A stretch of 64,000 nt of DNA from Rhizobacter sp. (GTDB lineage: Bacteria; Pseudomonadota; Gammaproteobacteria; Burkholderiales; Burkholderiaceae_C), in the NCBI GenBank assembly GCA_043778145.1, contig JAYWGR010000002.1:28519-92518 (forward strand), given 5' to 3'. The notes beneath the pieces were generated by a model. The model saw nothing but the letters and a program-made list of their open reading frames with translations, was not told where the DNA came from and made no database searches. A program made the position numbers and the translations under genes. Shown here one piece after another: positions 29,096 to 39,166 of the stretch; position 1 is the first letter of the stretch; each line of letters opens with the position of its first letter.

Positions 29096-29915
29096 CTGGT
29101 TGTTGACGCTGGCTCAGGCCGCTGGCGCGCATGCCGTGGCGGCCTACGGCTTGGGCTTGGGCATCGTGCTTGCGGCCACCATGGTCGGCTGGTCGGCGTT
29201 GCGCATGCCGGTGTGGGCCCGCGTGCGCGAGCGGGCCGAGGAGCGGGTGTCGCTGCCGTTGGCTTTGGTACTGCGCGGCGCCATGGGGCTGGCCGTGATC
29301 GTGACCGCGGCAGCGCTCTTCGCTGAGATTGCCGAACACATCGGCCCTGATGGCCGCGTCTCACGCGCCGACGATTTGCTCGCCGCCACCTTGCGTGCCG
29401 ATCTCAGCGCCGGCACGCTGCAGCTCTTTGCGGCATTCACCCACGGCGGCGATGTGCTCGTGCTCGCCTTGCTCGGCACTGGCGTTGCGGCAGCGCTTTG
29501 GCTCGCTGGCCGGCGCGCGCTTGCCGCCGGCTGGGTGATGGCCGTTGGCGGCAACGCGCTGCTGAACCCGCTGCTCAAAGGCATCTTCGAGCGAGTGCGG
29601 CCGGTGCACGATCACGGCTTTGCGCGCGAGACGAGCTGGAGCTTTCCGAGTGGCCACAGCTCGGGTGCGATGGTGGCTTACGGCATGCTGGCGTACATCG
29701 CGCTGCGCTTGCTCCCCGCGCGTTGGCACTTGCCGGCCTTGCTCTTGGCGGCGGCGGTGATCTTCACGATCGGCTGCAGCCGCGTCTTGCTGCAAGTGCA
29801 CTACGCGAGCGATGTGGTGGCGGGTTTCGCCTCTGGCCTGGCTTGGCTGACGGTTTGTGTGTCGAGCCTTGAATGGCGCGGCCGCCACGGCCAGCGGGCG
29901 GCCACGCTGGGCTGA
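29082..29915 (+). CDS. PAP2-family lipid-phosphate phosphatase (membrane)
   Basis: Carries the three PAP2 motifs (KGIFERVRP; PSGHS; SRVLLQVHYASDV) within a 6-TM protein. Its start overlaps the end of the metallophosphoesterase gene. Confidence 0.8.
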   Translation: MAPADWLLTLAQAAGAHAVAAYGLGLGIVLAATMVGWSALRMPVWARVRERAEERVSLPLALVLRGAMGLAVIVTAAALFAEIAEHIGPDGRVSRADDLLAATLRADLSAGTLQLFAAFTHGGDVLVLALLGTGVAAALWLAGRRALAAGWVMAVGGNALLNPLLKGIFERVRPVHDHGFARETSWSFPSGHSSGAMVAYGMLAYIALRLLPARWHLPALLLAAAVIFTIGCSRVLLQVHYASDVVAGFASGLAWLTVCVSSLEWRGRHGQRAATLG

Positions 29916-29937
29916 TCGGCCGCATACACTGGCTTTC

Positions 29938-30318
29938 ATGCGTTTGCGCCGTACCCATCGCCTGATCACCACGCTGCTCGCGGGGTTCGCGCTGCTGTTC
30001 TCTCAACTGGTGTTGGCGAACTATGTTTGCCCAGGGCAGGGCAGTGAAGCGATGGCCGAGATGATGGCAAGTGGTGCACCCTGCGATGGGATGGACGCCG
30101 CACAACCCGTGCTTTGCCATCAGCACGCGGCAGGCGCAGCTCAGTCCGCCGAGGCGGCCAAATTGCCAGTGGCGTCGTTGCCGCTGATCGTGCAGGTGCT
30201 GGCGATTCCGCCGGTGCCTGAACTCACAACTGCAGAAGTGCTGCCCCGAGCTGCCCGCGGCCAAGCGCGGCCGCCGCCCGACCCCATCTTTCTCGCCACA
30301 CTCAGACTCCGCGTCTGA
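29938..30318 (+). CDS. small membrane/secreted protein with a Cys/His/Met-rich motif (…VCPGQGSEAMAEMMASGAPCDGMDAAQPVLCHQHAAG…); possible metal-binding accessory protein of the downstream RND efflux operon
   Basis: Has an N-terminal hydrophobic segment (MRLRRTHRLITTLLAGFALLFSQLVLA), clustered Cys, Met and His residues, and a position directly upstream of the cusC-like gene. No family assignment is possible by eye. Confidence 0.45.
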   Translation: MRLRRTHRLITTLLAGFALLFSQLVLANYVCPGQGSEAMAEMMASGAPCDGMDAAQPVLCHQHAAGAAQSAEAAKLPVASLPLIVQVLAIPPVPELTTAEVLPRAARGQARPPPDPIFLATLRLRV

Positions 30319-30402
30319 CCACTCCGCTGACCTCACGGCGCTGCTGCGGCTTGCCCTCTTGCCCGCCAGCCAGCAAACGATTCGCGAGTCTTCGGAGTTC
30401 AC

Positions 30403-31635
30403 ATGTTCAATCGCCATTGGGGCATGGCCGCCGTCGCCATGGCCATGCTGCCCGCGTTGGCCAGCGCGGCATCACTGACCCTCGATCAAGCCATCGACCT
30501 CGCCTTGGCGCGCTCAGAGGCAACGCGCTCGGCGCGCGCCGGTCTCGCCAGTGCGTCAGAGGCCGCGCGCGCCGCCGGTCAGCTGCCCGATCCGACGCTG
30601 CGTGCGGGTGTCGACAACCTGCCGGTGACTGGTGCCGATCGATTGAGCACGGCGCGCGACTCGATGACGATGAAGCGCATCGGCGTGAGTCAAGAGTGGG
30701 TGTCGACCAAGAAGCGCGCCCTTCGCCAAGCCGCTGCTGACGCATTGACCGGCCGCGAAGCCGTGACCGCCGAAGCCGCTGCCGCAGAGGTTCGTTTGCA
30801 AACTGCGCTCGCCTACATCGAGGCCTACTTTGCTGGCGAGATGCTCGAACTGGCCACCGCGTCAGCGCATCACCTGCACGAGGAGTTCGTGGCAGCCACG
30901 GCGCGCTTGGCGTCGTCTGCCGGCAGCAGCCAAGAGGTGCTCGCGGCCAGCAGCGCGCAAGGCATGGCCGATGACGAAGCCGCCGAAGTTCTGCAACAAC
31001 GAAGCGCCGCGCGCGTGAGCCTGGAGCGATGGACCGGCGCACCCGCCAACGAGCTTGCCGCCCCTGCGCCGCGAGGCACTGCCGGCGAAGATGCATTCAT
31101 CGCCAAGCACCCGATGGTCTTGGCCGCGCGGCGCGAGGCCGAGCTCGCCCGGCGAGAAGCCGCCGTGGTGGCCAGCAACCGCCGGCCGAACTGGTCGTGG
31201 GAAGTCTCGTACGGGCAGCGTTCGGGCTACTCCGACATGGTGTCGTTCGGCGTCAGCATTCCGTGGCCGGTATCGAGTGCGGAGCGTCAAGATCGAGAGA
31301 CGGCGTCGAAGCTCGCACTCGTTGACAAGGCCGAAGGCATGCTCGCCGAAGCTGAGCGTGCGGCGCTTGCCGAGTACCGCAGCTTGAGCAGCGACACGCA
31401 GCGGCTGGCCGATCGGATCGAGCGCTACCAGTCGTCAGTCGTCTTGCCGGCGCGGCAGCGCACCTTGGCTGCCATGGCCGGCTACCGCGCGAACCAGCTG
31501 ACGCTCGCTGTGCTGTTCGAAGCGCGCCACGGCGAAGTGGAGGCGCAAAGAAAGCTGGTTTCGCTCAAGCGCGAGCTCGCCAAGAGCCAGGCGCAGCTGG
31601 CCTACAAACCACTCGATCTGCAAGGTGCCCCATGA
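30403..31635 (+). CDS. cusC: outer-membrane efflux protein (TolC/CusC family)
   Basis: A signal peptide is followed by …SLTLDQAIDLALARSEATRSARAGLASASEAARAAGQLPDPTL… OEP repeats. ~410 aa. It is the first gene of a CBA operon. Confidence 0.75.
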   Translation: MFNRHWGMAAVAMAMLPALASAASLTLDQAIDLALARSEATRSARAGLASASEAARAAGQLPDPTLRAGVDNLPVTGADRLSTARDSMTMKRIGVSQEWVSTKKRALRQAAADALTGREAVTAEAAAAEVRLQTALAYIEAYFAGEMLELATASAHHLHEEFVAATARLASSAGSSQEVLAASSAQGMADDEAAEVLQQRSAARVSLERWTGAPANELAAPAPRGTAGEDAFIAKHPMVLAARREAELARREAAVVASNRRPNWSWEVSYGQRSGYSDMVSFGVSIPWPVSSAERQDRETASKLALVDKAEGMLAEAERAALAEYRSLSSDTQRLADRIERYQSSVVLPARQRTLAAMAGYRANQLTLAVLFEARHGEVEAQRKLVSLKRELAKSQAQLAYKPLDLQGAP

Positions 31636-32984
31636 ACCGAACCAACACGATCGCCCTCAGCGTGCTGGCCGCAGCCATGCTGCTTGCCGGCGGCTATTTC
31701 GCCGGGCGGCACACCTCGCAAGCCGAGTCCATGCCCGCTGCTGCGGCTGCCGCATCTACGCCCGCGGAAAAGAAGGTTCTCTACTGGCACGACCCCATGG
31801 TGCCCGGCCAGCGTTTCGACAAACCCGGCAAGTCGCCCTTCATGGACATGCAACTCGTGCCCGTCTACGCAGACGCCGATGCCGATGCGGGTGACACCGG
31901 CTTGAAGATCAGCCCCACGCTGCAGCAAAACCTCGGTATCCGCACTGCGCTGGTCAGGATGACCAACGTGGCGACTTCGTTCGACGCCGTCGGCATGGTG
32001 CAGTTCGATGAGCGCCTGAACGTTGCCGTGCAGACGCGCGTGGCGGGCTACGTGGAGCGGCTTGCGGTGCGTGCGCCGATGGAGCGCGTTCGCGAAGGTC
32101 AGGCGCTGGCCACCATCTACGCACCCGAATGGCTTGGGGCCTTGAACGAGCTGATTGCGTTGAAGCGCGCGGGCGTGACTGACGAGCTGGTGGCCGCTGC
32201 GCGAGAGCGGATGCGCAGCATGTCGATCCCCGAGGCGCTCGTGCGGCAAAGCGAGGCCGCAGGCACGGCTCAAGCGCGGTTCACGCTGTCTGCACCCGTG
32301 AGCGGCGTGGTGGCCGATCTCGGCGTGCGCGAGGGTGTGGCGGTGTCGCCGGGCATGACGCTCTTTCGCATCGCCGGCCTGCAGAAGGTGTGGGCGGTGG
32401 TTGAGGTGCCGGAGGCGCAAGCACTGCGATTGGCGCGCGGCCAGAAGGCCAAGGCCTGGCTGCAAAGCGATGCGTCTCAGGGTTTTGACGGCGCGCTTGC
32501 CGAGATCCTGCCGCAGGTCAGCGCCAGCACGCGAACGCTGCAGGCGCGATTCGAGGTCGACAACCGAAGCGGCAAGCTCGTGCCGGGCATGTTGCTTCGC
32601 GTTCAGGTGGCCGGGCCGAGTTCGCAGCGCATGGTCGTCCCCTCAGAGGCCGTTATTCGCACAGGCAAACGGGCGGTGGTGCTGGTGCGCAAAGAAAGCG
32701 GCACGTTCGAGAGCCGCGATGTGGTGCTTGGCGACGAGGCGGGCGATGACATCGAGGTCACGCAGGGCCTCGCCGTTGGCGAGCAGGTGGTGGCGAGCGG
32801 GCAGTTCCTGATCGATTCGGAGGCGCGATTGCGGTCGGTGACAGGAACGATGTCGGGATCTACGTCGGGGTCGATGTCGGGATCTACGTCGGGATCGATG
32901 TCTGAATCGAAGTCTGGATCGATGGCCGAGCCCGCCGCGTCCATGCCGGCCTCGCCCGTTCCAGCCTCCGGAGGCGGCAAATGA
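31632..32984 (+). CDS. cusB: RND membrane-fusion protein, CusB-like, with a Met/Ser-rich repetitive C-terminal tail
   Basis: The N-terminal …[35 protein letters not shown]… is the CusB-type metal-binding region. Lipoyl and beta-barrel regions follow. C-terminus is (MSGSTSGS)n MSESKSGSM…. Confidence 0.8.
   Translation: MNRTNTIALSVLAAAMLLAGGYFAGRHTSQAESMPAAAAAASTPAEKKVLYWHDPMVPGQRFDKPGKSPFMDMQLVPVYADADADAGDTGLKISPTLQQNLGIRTALVRMTNVATSFDAVGMVQFDERLNVAVQTRVAGYVERLAVRAPMERVREGQALATIYAPEWLGALNELIALKRAGVTDELVAAARERMRSMSIPEALVRQSEAAGTAQARFTLSAPVSGVVADLGVREGVAVSPGMTLFRIAGLQKVWAVVEVPEAQALRLARGQKAKAWLQSDASQGFDGALAEILPQVSASTRTLQARFEVDNRSGKLVPGMLLRVQVAGPSSQRMVVPSEAVIRTGKRAVVLVRKESGTFESRDVVLGDEAGDDIEVTQGLAVGEQVVASGQFLIDSEARLRSVTGTMSGSTSGSMSGSTSGSMSESKSGSMAEPAASMPASPVPASGGGK
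32849..32920 (+). repeat. 3 x 24-bp in-frame tandem repeat (GATGTCGGGATCTACGTCGGGGTC …) encoding the MSGSTSGS repeats of the CusB-like tail
   Basis: Direct reading of 32849-32920. Units 1 and 2 differ at one position; unit 3 has diverged. Confidence 0.8.
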
Positions 32985-35900
32985 TCGCCGCGCTGATCCG
33001 CTGGTCGGTTGCCAACCGCTTGCTCGTTTTGCTGGCGGCGGCATGCCTCATGGCCGTGGGCGTTTGGTCGGTGGCCACCACACCGATCGATGCGCTGCCT
33101 GACATTGGCGACGTGCAAGTGGTGGTGCGCACGCCTTACCCCGGCAAGCCGCCGCAGGTGGTTGAAGACTTGGTCACCTACCCGTTAACGACGACGATGC
33201 TGAGTGTGCCCGGTGCGAAAACCGTGCGCGGCTACAGCGTCTTCGGTGATTCGTTCGTCTACATCTTGTTCGATGACAAAACCGATCCGTATTGGGCGCG
33301 CTCGCGGGTCGTGGAGTACCTGAATCAAGTGCAGAGCAAGCTGCCGCCTGGCGCCACGGCAACCCTCGGGCCCGATGCCACCGGCGTGGGCTGGATCTTC
33401 GAATACGCGCTAATCGACCGCACCGGCAAGAACGATCTCGGCCAACTGCGCGCGCTCAACGACTGGTTTTTGAAGTTCGAGTTGAAGACGATCGCCGATG
33501 TGGCCGAGGTCGCCAGCATCGGCGGCATGGTCAAGCAATACCAAGTCGTGCTCGACCCTGACCGCATGCGCGCACTCGGCATCACGCAAGCCGCGGTGAC
33601 TGACGCGCTGAAGAACGCGAACCAAGCCGCCGGCGGTTCGTCGGTTGACATCGCGGAGGGCGAATACATGGTTCGCGCGCAAGGCTTTTTGACCTCGCTG
33701 GCCGACTTTCGCGTGATCCCGATCTCGGTGAGCGGCGCAACGCCGGTGCTGTTGCGCGATGTCGCGACAGTGCAGATCGGGCCTGCCATGCGCCGCGGCA
33801 TCGCCGAGCTGGACGGGGAGGGCGAGGTGGCGGGCGGCGTCGTCGTCATGCGCACGGGCAAGAACGCGCGGCAGGTGATCGCTGCGGTGAAGGCGCGGCT
33901 CGATGCGCTCAAAGCGAGCCTGCCGCCGGGCGTGGAAGTGATCGAGACCTACGACCGCTCCAAGCTGATCGACCGCGCCATTGGCCACCTCGAATGGAAG
34001 CTTGCGGAGGAGTTCATCGCCGTTGCGCTCGTGTGCCTGCTGTTCTTGTTCCACGTTCGTTCGGCGCTGGTGGCGGTGATTGCGTTGCCGATGGCGATCG
34101 GTGCGGCGTTCATCGTGATGCGCGGGCAGGGCGTCAGCGCGAACATCTTGAGCCTCTCGGGCATTGCCTTGGCCGTGGGTGCAGCGCTTGACGGCGTGGT
34201 TGTGTTGCTTGAGGCCGCACACAAACGCATCGAGGCGTTTGAGTTGGAGCACGCGCGCAAGTCGACCGCAGCGCAGCGCTGGGCGCTGATCACCGAGGCG
34301 TGCATGGAAGTCGGCCCGGCGCTTTTTTTCTCGCTGCTGGTGATCACGCTGTCGTTCCTGCCGGTGTTTGCGCTCGAGGCGCAAGAAGGGCGGCTCTTTG
34401 CACCGCTGGCATTCACCAAGACCTACACGATGGCCGCGGCCGCGGCGCTCTCGGTCACGCTGGTGCCGGTGTTGATGGGCTACCTCGTGCGTGGGCGCAT
34501 ACCGCGCGAAGCGGCGAACCCGTTGAACCGGGCGCTGATGGCCATCTACCGGCCGGTGCTGGAGGTCGTGCTTCGCCTGCCACACGCCACGCTCGCGGTG
34601 GCCGCCGTGGTGCTGGCCATCACCTTGATTCCGGTCATGCGCTTAGGGGGAGAGTTCATGCCGGCGCTGGACGAAGGCGATCTGCTCTACATGCCGTCGG
34701 CGCTGCCGGGGCTTTCTATCTCCAAGGCGGCAGAGTTGCTGCAGCAGACGGATCGGCTCATCAAAACGGTGCCTGAAGTCGAGCGCGTGTTCGGCAAAGC
34801 CGGCCGTGCCGATACAGCCACCGACCCGGCGCCGCTGGAGATGTTCGAGACGACGATTCAGTTCAAGCCGCGCGCACAGTGGCGTGCCGGCATGACGCCC
34901 TCACAGCTGATCGATGAACTCGACCGCGCCGTGAAAGTGCCCGGCCTCTCGAACGTGTGGGTGCCACCGATTCGCAACCGCATCGACATGCTGGCCACGG
35001 GCATCAAGAGCCCCGTGGGCATCAAAGTGGCGGGCGCCGATCTCGTCACCATCGACCGCGTTGCGACGCAGATCGAAGCGGCTGTGAAGGGTGTGCCGGG
35101 TGTGTCTTCAGCGCTGGCCGAAAGGTTGACGGGCGGTAGGTACATCGATGTCGATGTAGACCGCTTGGCGGCAGCGCGGCTCGGGCTCTCGGTGGCCGAT
35201 GTTCAAGCTGTTGTGTCGACGGCCATCGGCGGCGAAACGCTGAGCACGACGGAGGTCGTGCGCGGTCGCGAGCGCTATGCCATCAACGTGCGCTACCCGA
35301 GGGAGTTGCGCGATTCGCTTGAGCGCCTGCAACAGCTGCCGTTCGTGACGGCACGCGGTGCCACTGTGCTTTTGCGAGACGTCGCTCGCGTGAGCATTCA
35401 GGATGGGCCGCCGATGTTGCGCAGTGAAAACGCGCGCTTGTCGGGCTGGGTGTACGTGGACGTTCGCGGCCGCGATCTCCGATCGGTCGTGACCGACATG
35501 CGGGCGGCTGTGGCGCAGCAGGTGGTCATGCCCGCAGGCGTTGCCGTGTCGTGGTCAGGCCAGTTTGAATACCTGGAGCGGGCGACTGAGCGGCTGCGGC
35601 TCGTGGTGCCGTTGACGCTTGTGGTGATCCTGGTGTTGCTGTTTGTGTTGTTCCGTTCCGTGGGCGATGCGGTGCTCGTGATGGCGGCTGTGCCGTTCTC
35701 GCTCGTTGGCGGGTTTTGGCTGGTTTGGGCGTTGGGGCACGCGCTGTCGGTCGCGTCGGCCGTGGGCTTCATCGCGTTGGCCGGTGTGGCGGCCGAATTT
35801 GGCGTGGTGATGTTGGTCTACCTGAAGAGCGCGCATGCACGGCGGCTCGCCGCTGGCGAACCCGACAACAACGAGACGCTGCTGGCAGCGATTCGCGAAG

Positions 35901-36115
35901 GCGCCGTTCAGCGGGTGCGGCCCAAGGCGATGACGGTGGCGATCGTGCTCGCAGGCCTGGTGCCGATGATGTGGGGCACCGGCACGGGCTCCGAGGTCAT
36001 GGCGCGCATCGCCGCGCCGATGGTCGGCGGCATGGTGACGGCGCCGCTCTTGAGCATGCTGGTGATTCCCGCGGCTTGGTACTTGCTGCGGAAGCGCCGG
36101 AGCGCGGCTGGCTGA
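32981..36115 (+). CDS. cusA: heavy-metal efflux RND pump (CusA/CzcA family, HME-RND)
   Basis: 1044 aa. N-terminal [20 protein letters not shown]…, 12-TM architecture with two large periplasmic loops. Its ATGA start overlaps the MFP gene stop. Confidence 0.85.
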   Translation: MIAALIRWSVANRLLVLLAAACLMAVGVWSVATTPIDALPDIGDVQVVVRTPYPGKPPQVVEDLVTYPLTTTMLSVPGAKTVRGYSVFGDSFVYILFDDKTDPYWARSRVVEYLNQVQSKLPPGATATLGPDATGVGWIFEYALIDRTGKNDLGQLRALNDWFLKFELKTIADVAEVASIGGMVKQYQVVLDPDRMRALGITQAAVTDALKNANQAAGGSSVDIAEGEYMVRAQGFLTSLADFRVIPISVSGATPVLLRDVATVQIGPAMRRGIAELDGEGEVAGGVVVMRTGKNARQVIAAVKARLDALKASLPPGVEVIETYDRSKLIDRAIGHLEWKLAEEFIAVALVCLLFLFHVRSALVAVIALPMAIGAAFIVMRGQGVSANILSLSGIALAVGAALDGVVVLLEAAHKRIEAFELEHARKSTAAQRWALITEACMEVGPALFFSLLVITLSFLPVFALEAQEGRLFAPLAFTKTYTMAAAAALSVTLVPVLMGYLVRGRIPREAANPLNRALMAIYRPVLEVVLRLPHATLAVAAVVLAITLIPVMRLGGEFMPALDEGDLLYMPSALPGLSISKAAELLQQTDRLIKTVPEVERVFGKAGRADTATDPAPLEMFETTIQFKPRAQWRAGMTPSQLIDELDRAVKVPGLSNVWVPPIRNRIDMLATGIKSPVGIKVAGADLVTIDRVATQIEAAVKGVPGVSSALAERLTGGRYIDVDVDRLAAARLGLSVADVQAVVSTAIGGETLSTTEVVRGRERYAINVRYPRELRDSLERLQQLPFVTARGATVLLRDVARVSIQDGPPMLRSENARLSGWVYVDVRGRDLRSVVTDMRAAVAQQVVMPAGVAVSWSGQFEYLERATERLRLVVPLTLVVILVLLFVLFRSVGDAVLVMAAVPFSLVGGFWLVWALGHALSVASAVGFIALAGVAAEFGVVMLVYLKSAHARRLAAGEPDNNETLLAAIREGAVQRVRPKAMTVAIVLAGLVPMMWGTGTGSEVMARIAAPMVGGMVTAPLLSMLVIPAAWYLLRKRRSAAG

Positions 36116-36140
36116 GCCGGCGATCGGGAGAGTCGCGGAT

Positions 36141-36208
36141 CAGGACAGTTGTTGATCAAGAGAGTTGTTGATCGAGAGAGTTGTTGATCGAGAGAGTCGT
36201 CAATCCAA
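36141..36208. repeat. ~4 tandem copies of a 16-bp unit (GAGAGTTGTTGATCGA / CAGTTGTTGATCAAGA), immediately 3' of the cusA-like gene
   Basis: Direct reading gives caggacagttgttgatcaaga|gagttgttgatcgaga|gagttgttgatcgaga|gagtcgtcaatcc. The units contain the palindromic core TTGATCAA. Confidence 0.7.
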
Positions 36209-36306
36209 CGAGCCGTACAGCTCGCGGATCGATGGCGCCGTCCAGACAATCAAAATTGAGCCACTTGAGTTGACATAATATACATCGTAGCGCATTCATC
36301 GGATCC

Positions 36307-36346
36307 AAAAAAGGCCGCAGCTGGTCATCGAGATCAGGCTGCGGCC
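36307..36346 (-). terminator. rho-independent terminator of the subtilisin gene (minus strand): GGCCGCAGCctgatctcgatgaccaGCTGCGGCC followed by TTTTTT
   Basis: A 9-bp perfect stem with a U-tract on the minus strand (AAAAAA on plus, 36307-36312). It is located 60 nt past the stop at 36409. Confidence 0.6.
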
Positions 36347-36408
36347 TTGGTGGCAAGCGGCTCTTCGGGAGTTCGATCTCCCTAGCGCGCGCTCACCTTA
36401 TGCGCTCA

Positions 36409-38058
36409 TCACTTGCCGCAGCCCAGGGTGTTGATGCGGTCGTAGGCAGACTTGGCTTGCACGAGGCCGAAACCGTAGTGCACGTCGCGGCCCGGATCGC
36501 CCAGGTCTTGCGCGCTCTTGGCGAGCGTGTCGCGAATCTGCGTGGCGGTGCAGCTCGGGAAGTAGCTCCACACCAATGCAGCCACTGCCGAAACGTGCGG
36601 CGTGGCCATCGAGGTGCCATCGAAGTACGCATAGTTGCTGGCCGCCAAGCTCAGCGTGGTCGACTGGCCGAGCTTGGTCTTCATGGCCGCGCCATCGGTG
36701 TCGCTCACGGTGCCTGACGGGATGGTCGTGGCCACACCGCCCAAGGTGCCGCCAAACGAGCCCGGTGCGTTGTTGTAGATCACCGCGCCAACACCGCCGC
36801 TGTTCTGGCAATTCAACACCTTGTCAGAAAACGCGATCGTGCCGCGTGCGATCAAGCATACCTTGCCAGACACCGCGGTGTTGACCGCGTCGCCAAGGCC
36901 GAAATCAGCCAGCGGCGCCGTGACGGCCTTGACCGGCGAGCCGTCGATGCCGAGTGCTGCAAAGCTGGTGCCGCCAACGCTGAGGGAGACGTCAACGCCG
37001 GTACCCATCGGCACTGTCGAGAGCACGCCAACGCCAGGGCCTGACAACTCGACATCGCTGTTGAATTGCGAGAACGATGCGAATGCCTTGTTCGAATCGA
37101 TCGCCGCGACCGACACCACGTTGGCCAGGCCAGCTGGGTACGACACGGCACTGGTGCCCGCATTGCCTGCTGCGGCGATCACCAAAGCGTTGGATGCAAC
37201 CAGCTTGTTGATCGCGCGTTCTTCAGTCTTGCTCGCCGGCCCGCCGAGCGACATGCTGACCACGTTGGCCTTGGCTGTCTTGCAAGCGTTGATGCCTTTG
37301 GTGATGGTCGATGCGCTGGCGCTGCCGCTGGCATCGAACACCTTGGCGATGTAGAGCTTGAGTTGCTTGTTCGGCAAGACGCCGATCACGCCCAAGCTGT
37401 TGTTGATCGCCGAGATCGTGCCGGCCACGTGCGTGCCGTGGTGCGCTTCGTCGGTCGACCAAAGCCCTGAGGTGGTGAGGTTCACGCCGCTGACGGTGTT
37501 GGCGCTCAGGTCTTCATGGGCCAGGTCGTAGCCCGAATCGATGATGCACAGCACGCGGTCGCTCGCCAACGAATCGGGAACTTGGTCGGCCTGAACCATG
37601 CCAATGCCGTACGGAACGGTTTGTGGTGTGAGTGCCACCGAGGCCGCCGCGGCAGCCGTCGCAGCCGTTGCACCAACCATGCCGAACGCATAGCGCGGCA
37701 CGTCTTCTTCGATGTAGTCGACGTGTTTGCTGCGCTGCAGAGCCGCCAGCGCTTTGCGCGGGAGCTCGACCGCGAAGGCGTCAACATCATCGAGATCAAC
37801 CACGACACGCCCACCTGCGGCAGCGGCCGCGGCACGAGCTGCAGCAGCAGCGCCTGGCTTGAACGCGATGATGACCCGCGTTTTGCCCTGAGACCTCAAT
37901 TCGGCAGCTGTCAGTGCTTTGATCGGTGCCTGAGCCGAGGCGTTGGCGCCGGCCGCCAAAGCAGCCACCGCAACGCCAATCGCTGCGGCTGTGCGGACGT
38001 GTGAGTAAAAAGTCATGAGGTTCCTGTGAAAAAAGCCATAGAGGCGGTGACTTTGCAC
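36409..38058 (-). CDS. secreted subtilisin-like serine protease (peptidase S8) with N-terminal propeptide
   Basis: The signal peptide is followed by the catalytic triad motifs (…CIIDSGYD…; …HGTHVAGTI…; …GTSMATPHVSAVAALV…). 549 aa. Confidence 0.85.
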   Translation of the reverse strand: MQSHRLYGFFHRNLMTFYSHVRTAAAIGVAVAALAAGANASAQAPIKALTAAELRSQGKTRVIIAFKPGAAAAARAAAAAAGGRVVVDLDDVDAFAVELPRKALAALQRSKHVDYIEEDVPRYAFGMVGATAATAAAAASVALTPQTVPYGIGMVQADQVPDSLASDRVLCIIDSGYDLAHEDLSANTVSGVNLTTSGLWSTDEAHHGTHVAGTISAINNSLGVIGVLPNKQLKLYIAKVFDASGSASASTITKGINACKTAKANVVSMSLGGPASKTEERAINKLVASNALVIAAAGNAGTSAVSYPAGLANVVSVAAIDSNKAFASFSQFNSDVELSGPGVGVLSTVPMGTGVDVSLSVGGTSFAALGIDGSPVKAVTAPLADFGLGDAVNTAVSGKVCLIARGTIAFSDKVLNCQNSGGVGAVIYNNAPGSFGGTLGGVATTIPSGTVSDTDGAAMKTKLGQSTTLSLAASNYAYFDGTSMATPHVSAVAALVWSYFPSCTATQIRDTLAKSAQDLGDPGRDVHYGFGLVQAKSAYDRINTLGCGK

Positions 38059-38159
38059 AGAACGCCCTGCCCGGTCAACCTTTGATCGTAGGCGTGCCAG
38101 AGTCAGTGACTCACCGGCATCGGTTTCGGCAGCGATATCGAGCCATCAACGGCATGATT

Positions 38160-39119
38160 TCAACGCCGCGCCATCCCGCGCCAGCGATCGAGCCGCCCAG
38201 GCCCGAGTTCAGCACCGAGATAGCTTCGCGCGATGCTCTCCAGCGTGGCCGGTGTGATGCCGAGATCAGCCAAACCGGGCAGCTTGCCGCTCGCAACATT
38301 CGGCGTGCGCATCGAAACCAGGTTGTCACGCGACATCAACGGCTCGCCGGGCAAGCACTCCATGACTGCAGCTTGCAGCCGAGCGAGCCCATCGGGCAAG
38401 CCGATCACCGGCCGTTCATGGCCTGCCCACCGCCCTGCCAGCCTCACCAGTTCAGCGAGCGTGAAGACATCGGGGCCGGCGCACTCATAGGTCTTGCCGA
38501 TGGTCTCGGGGCGATCGATACAGCGAACGATGGCCTCGGCCACATCCTGCACCCACACCGGTTGAAACTGCGCGTCAGCGCCGGCCAATGGCACGACTGG
38601 TGCCACAGCTTGCAGCGACGCAAAGAGGTTCATGAACCTGTCGTACTCACCAAAGATGACCGACGGCCGCAACACGCTCAGGGCCAAGCCCGCCGATGTC
38701 AGCTGCGCCTCGCCCGCAGCTTTGGAGCGCAGGTACTCGCTTGGCTTGGCTGAATCGACACCCAGCGCGCTGACGTGAATCACGCGCTGCACGCCCGCTG
38801 CACGGCAAGCTTTGGCCAGCGTGCGCGGAAGCGTGATGTGCGCGCGCTCGAATGCGCGCGTGTCGCCGTGAAGGATCGCAATCAAGTTGACCACGACGTC
38901 TTGACCCGCGAGCAAGCGGGTCAGCGTGGCTTCGTCGTGAACATCAGCCTCGACGAGCTGCAACGTCGGCAGCGTCTGCAGATGTTTGGCGCGGGCGATG
39001 CGCCGGCTTGGCACCGTGATGCGGCCACCGCCGCCACCGGAGCGCTCGACGAGTTTGTCGCAAAGGCTGCGGCCAACGAAGCCGCTGCCACCCAGGATGA
39101 GAAAGTTGTTGTTGTCCAT
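38160..39119 (-). CDS. NAD(P)-dependent epimerase/dehydratase family protein (NDUFA9/NmrA-like atypical SDR)
   Basis: N-terminal Rossmann motif (ILGGSGFVGRSL) with atypical-SDR features. 319 aa. Confidence 0.75.
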   Translation of the reverse strand: MDNNNFLILGGSGFVGRSLCDKLVERSGGGGGRITVPSRRIARAKHLQTLPTLQLVEADVHDEATLTRLLAGQDVVVNLIAILHGDTRAFERAHITLPRTLAKACRAAGVQRVIHVSALGVDSAKPSEYLRSKAAGEAQLTSAGLALSVLRPSVIFGEYDRFMNLFASLQAVAPVVPLAGADAQFQPVWVQDVAEAIVRCIDRPETIGKTYECAGPDVFTLAELVRLAGRWAGHERPVIGLPDGLARLQAAVMECLPGEPLMSRDNLVSMRTPNVASGKLPGLADLGITPATLESIARSYLGAELGPGRLDRWRGMARR

Positions 39120-39166
39120 GCGCGCCGTTATACCCGCCGACTTCCGTCGGCGCGGCGCGGTGCGCG

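Noticed and set aside
36141-36208. Possible CRISPR array
   Set aside because: The repeats are 16 bp and directly tandem with no spacers, and there are no cas genes. They are tandem repeats, not CRISPR.
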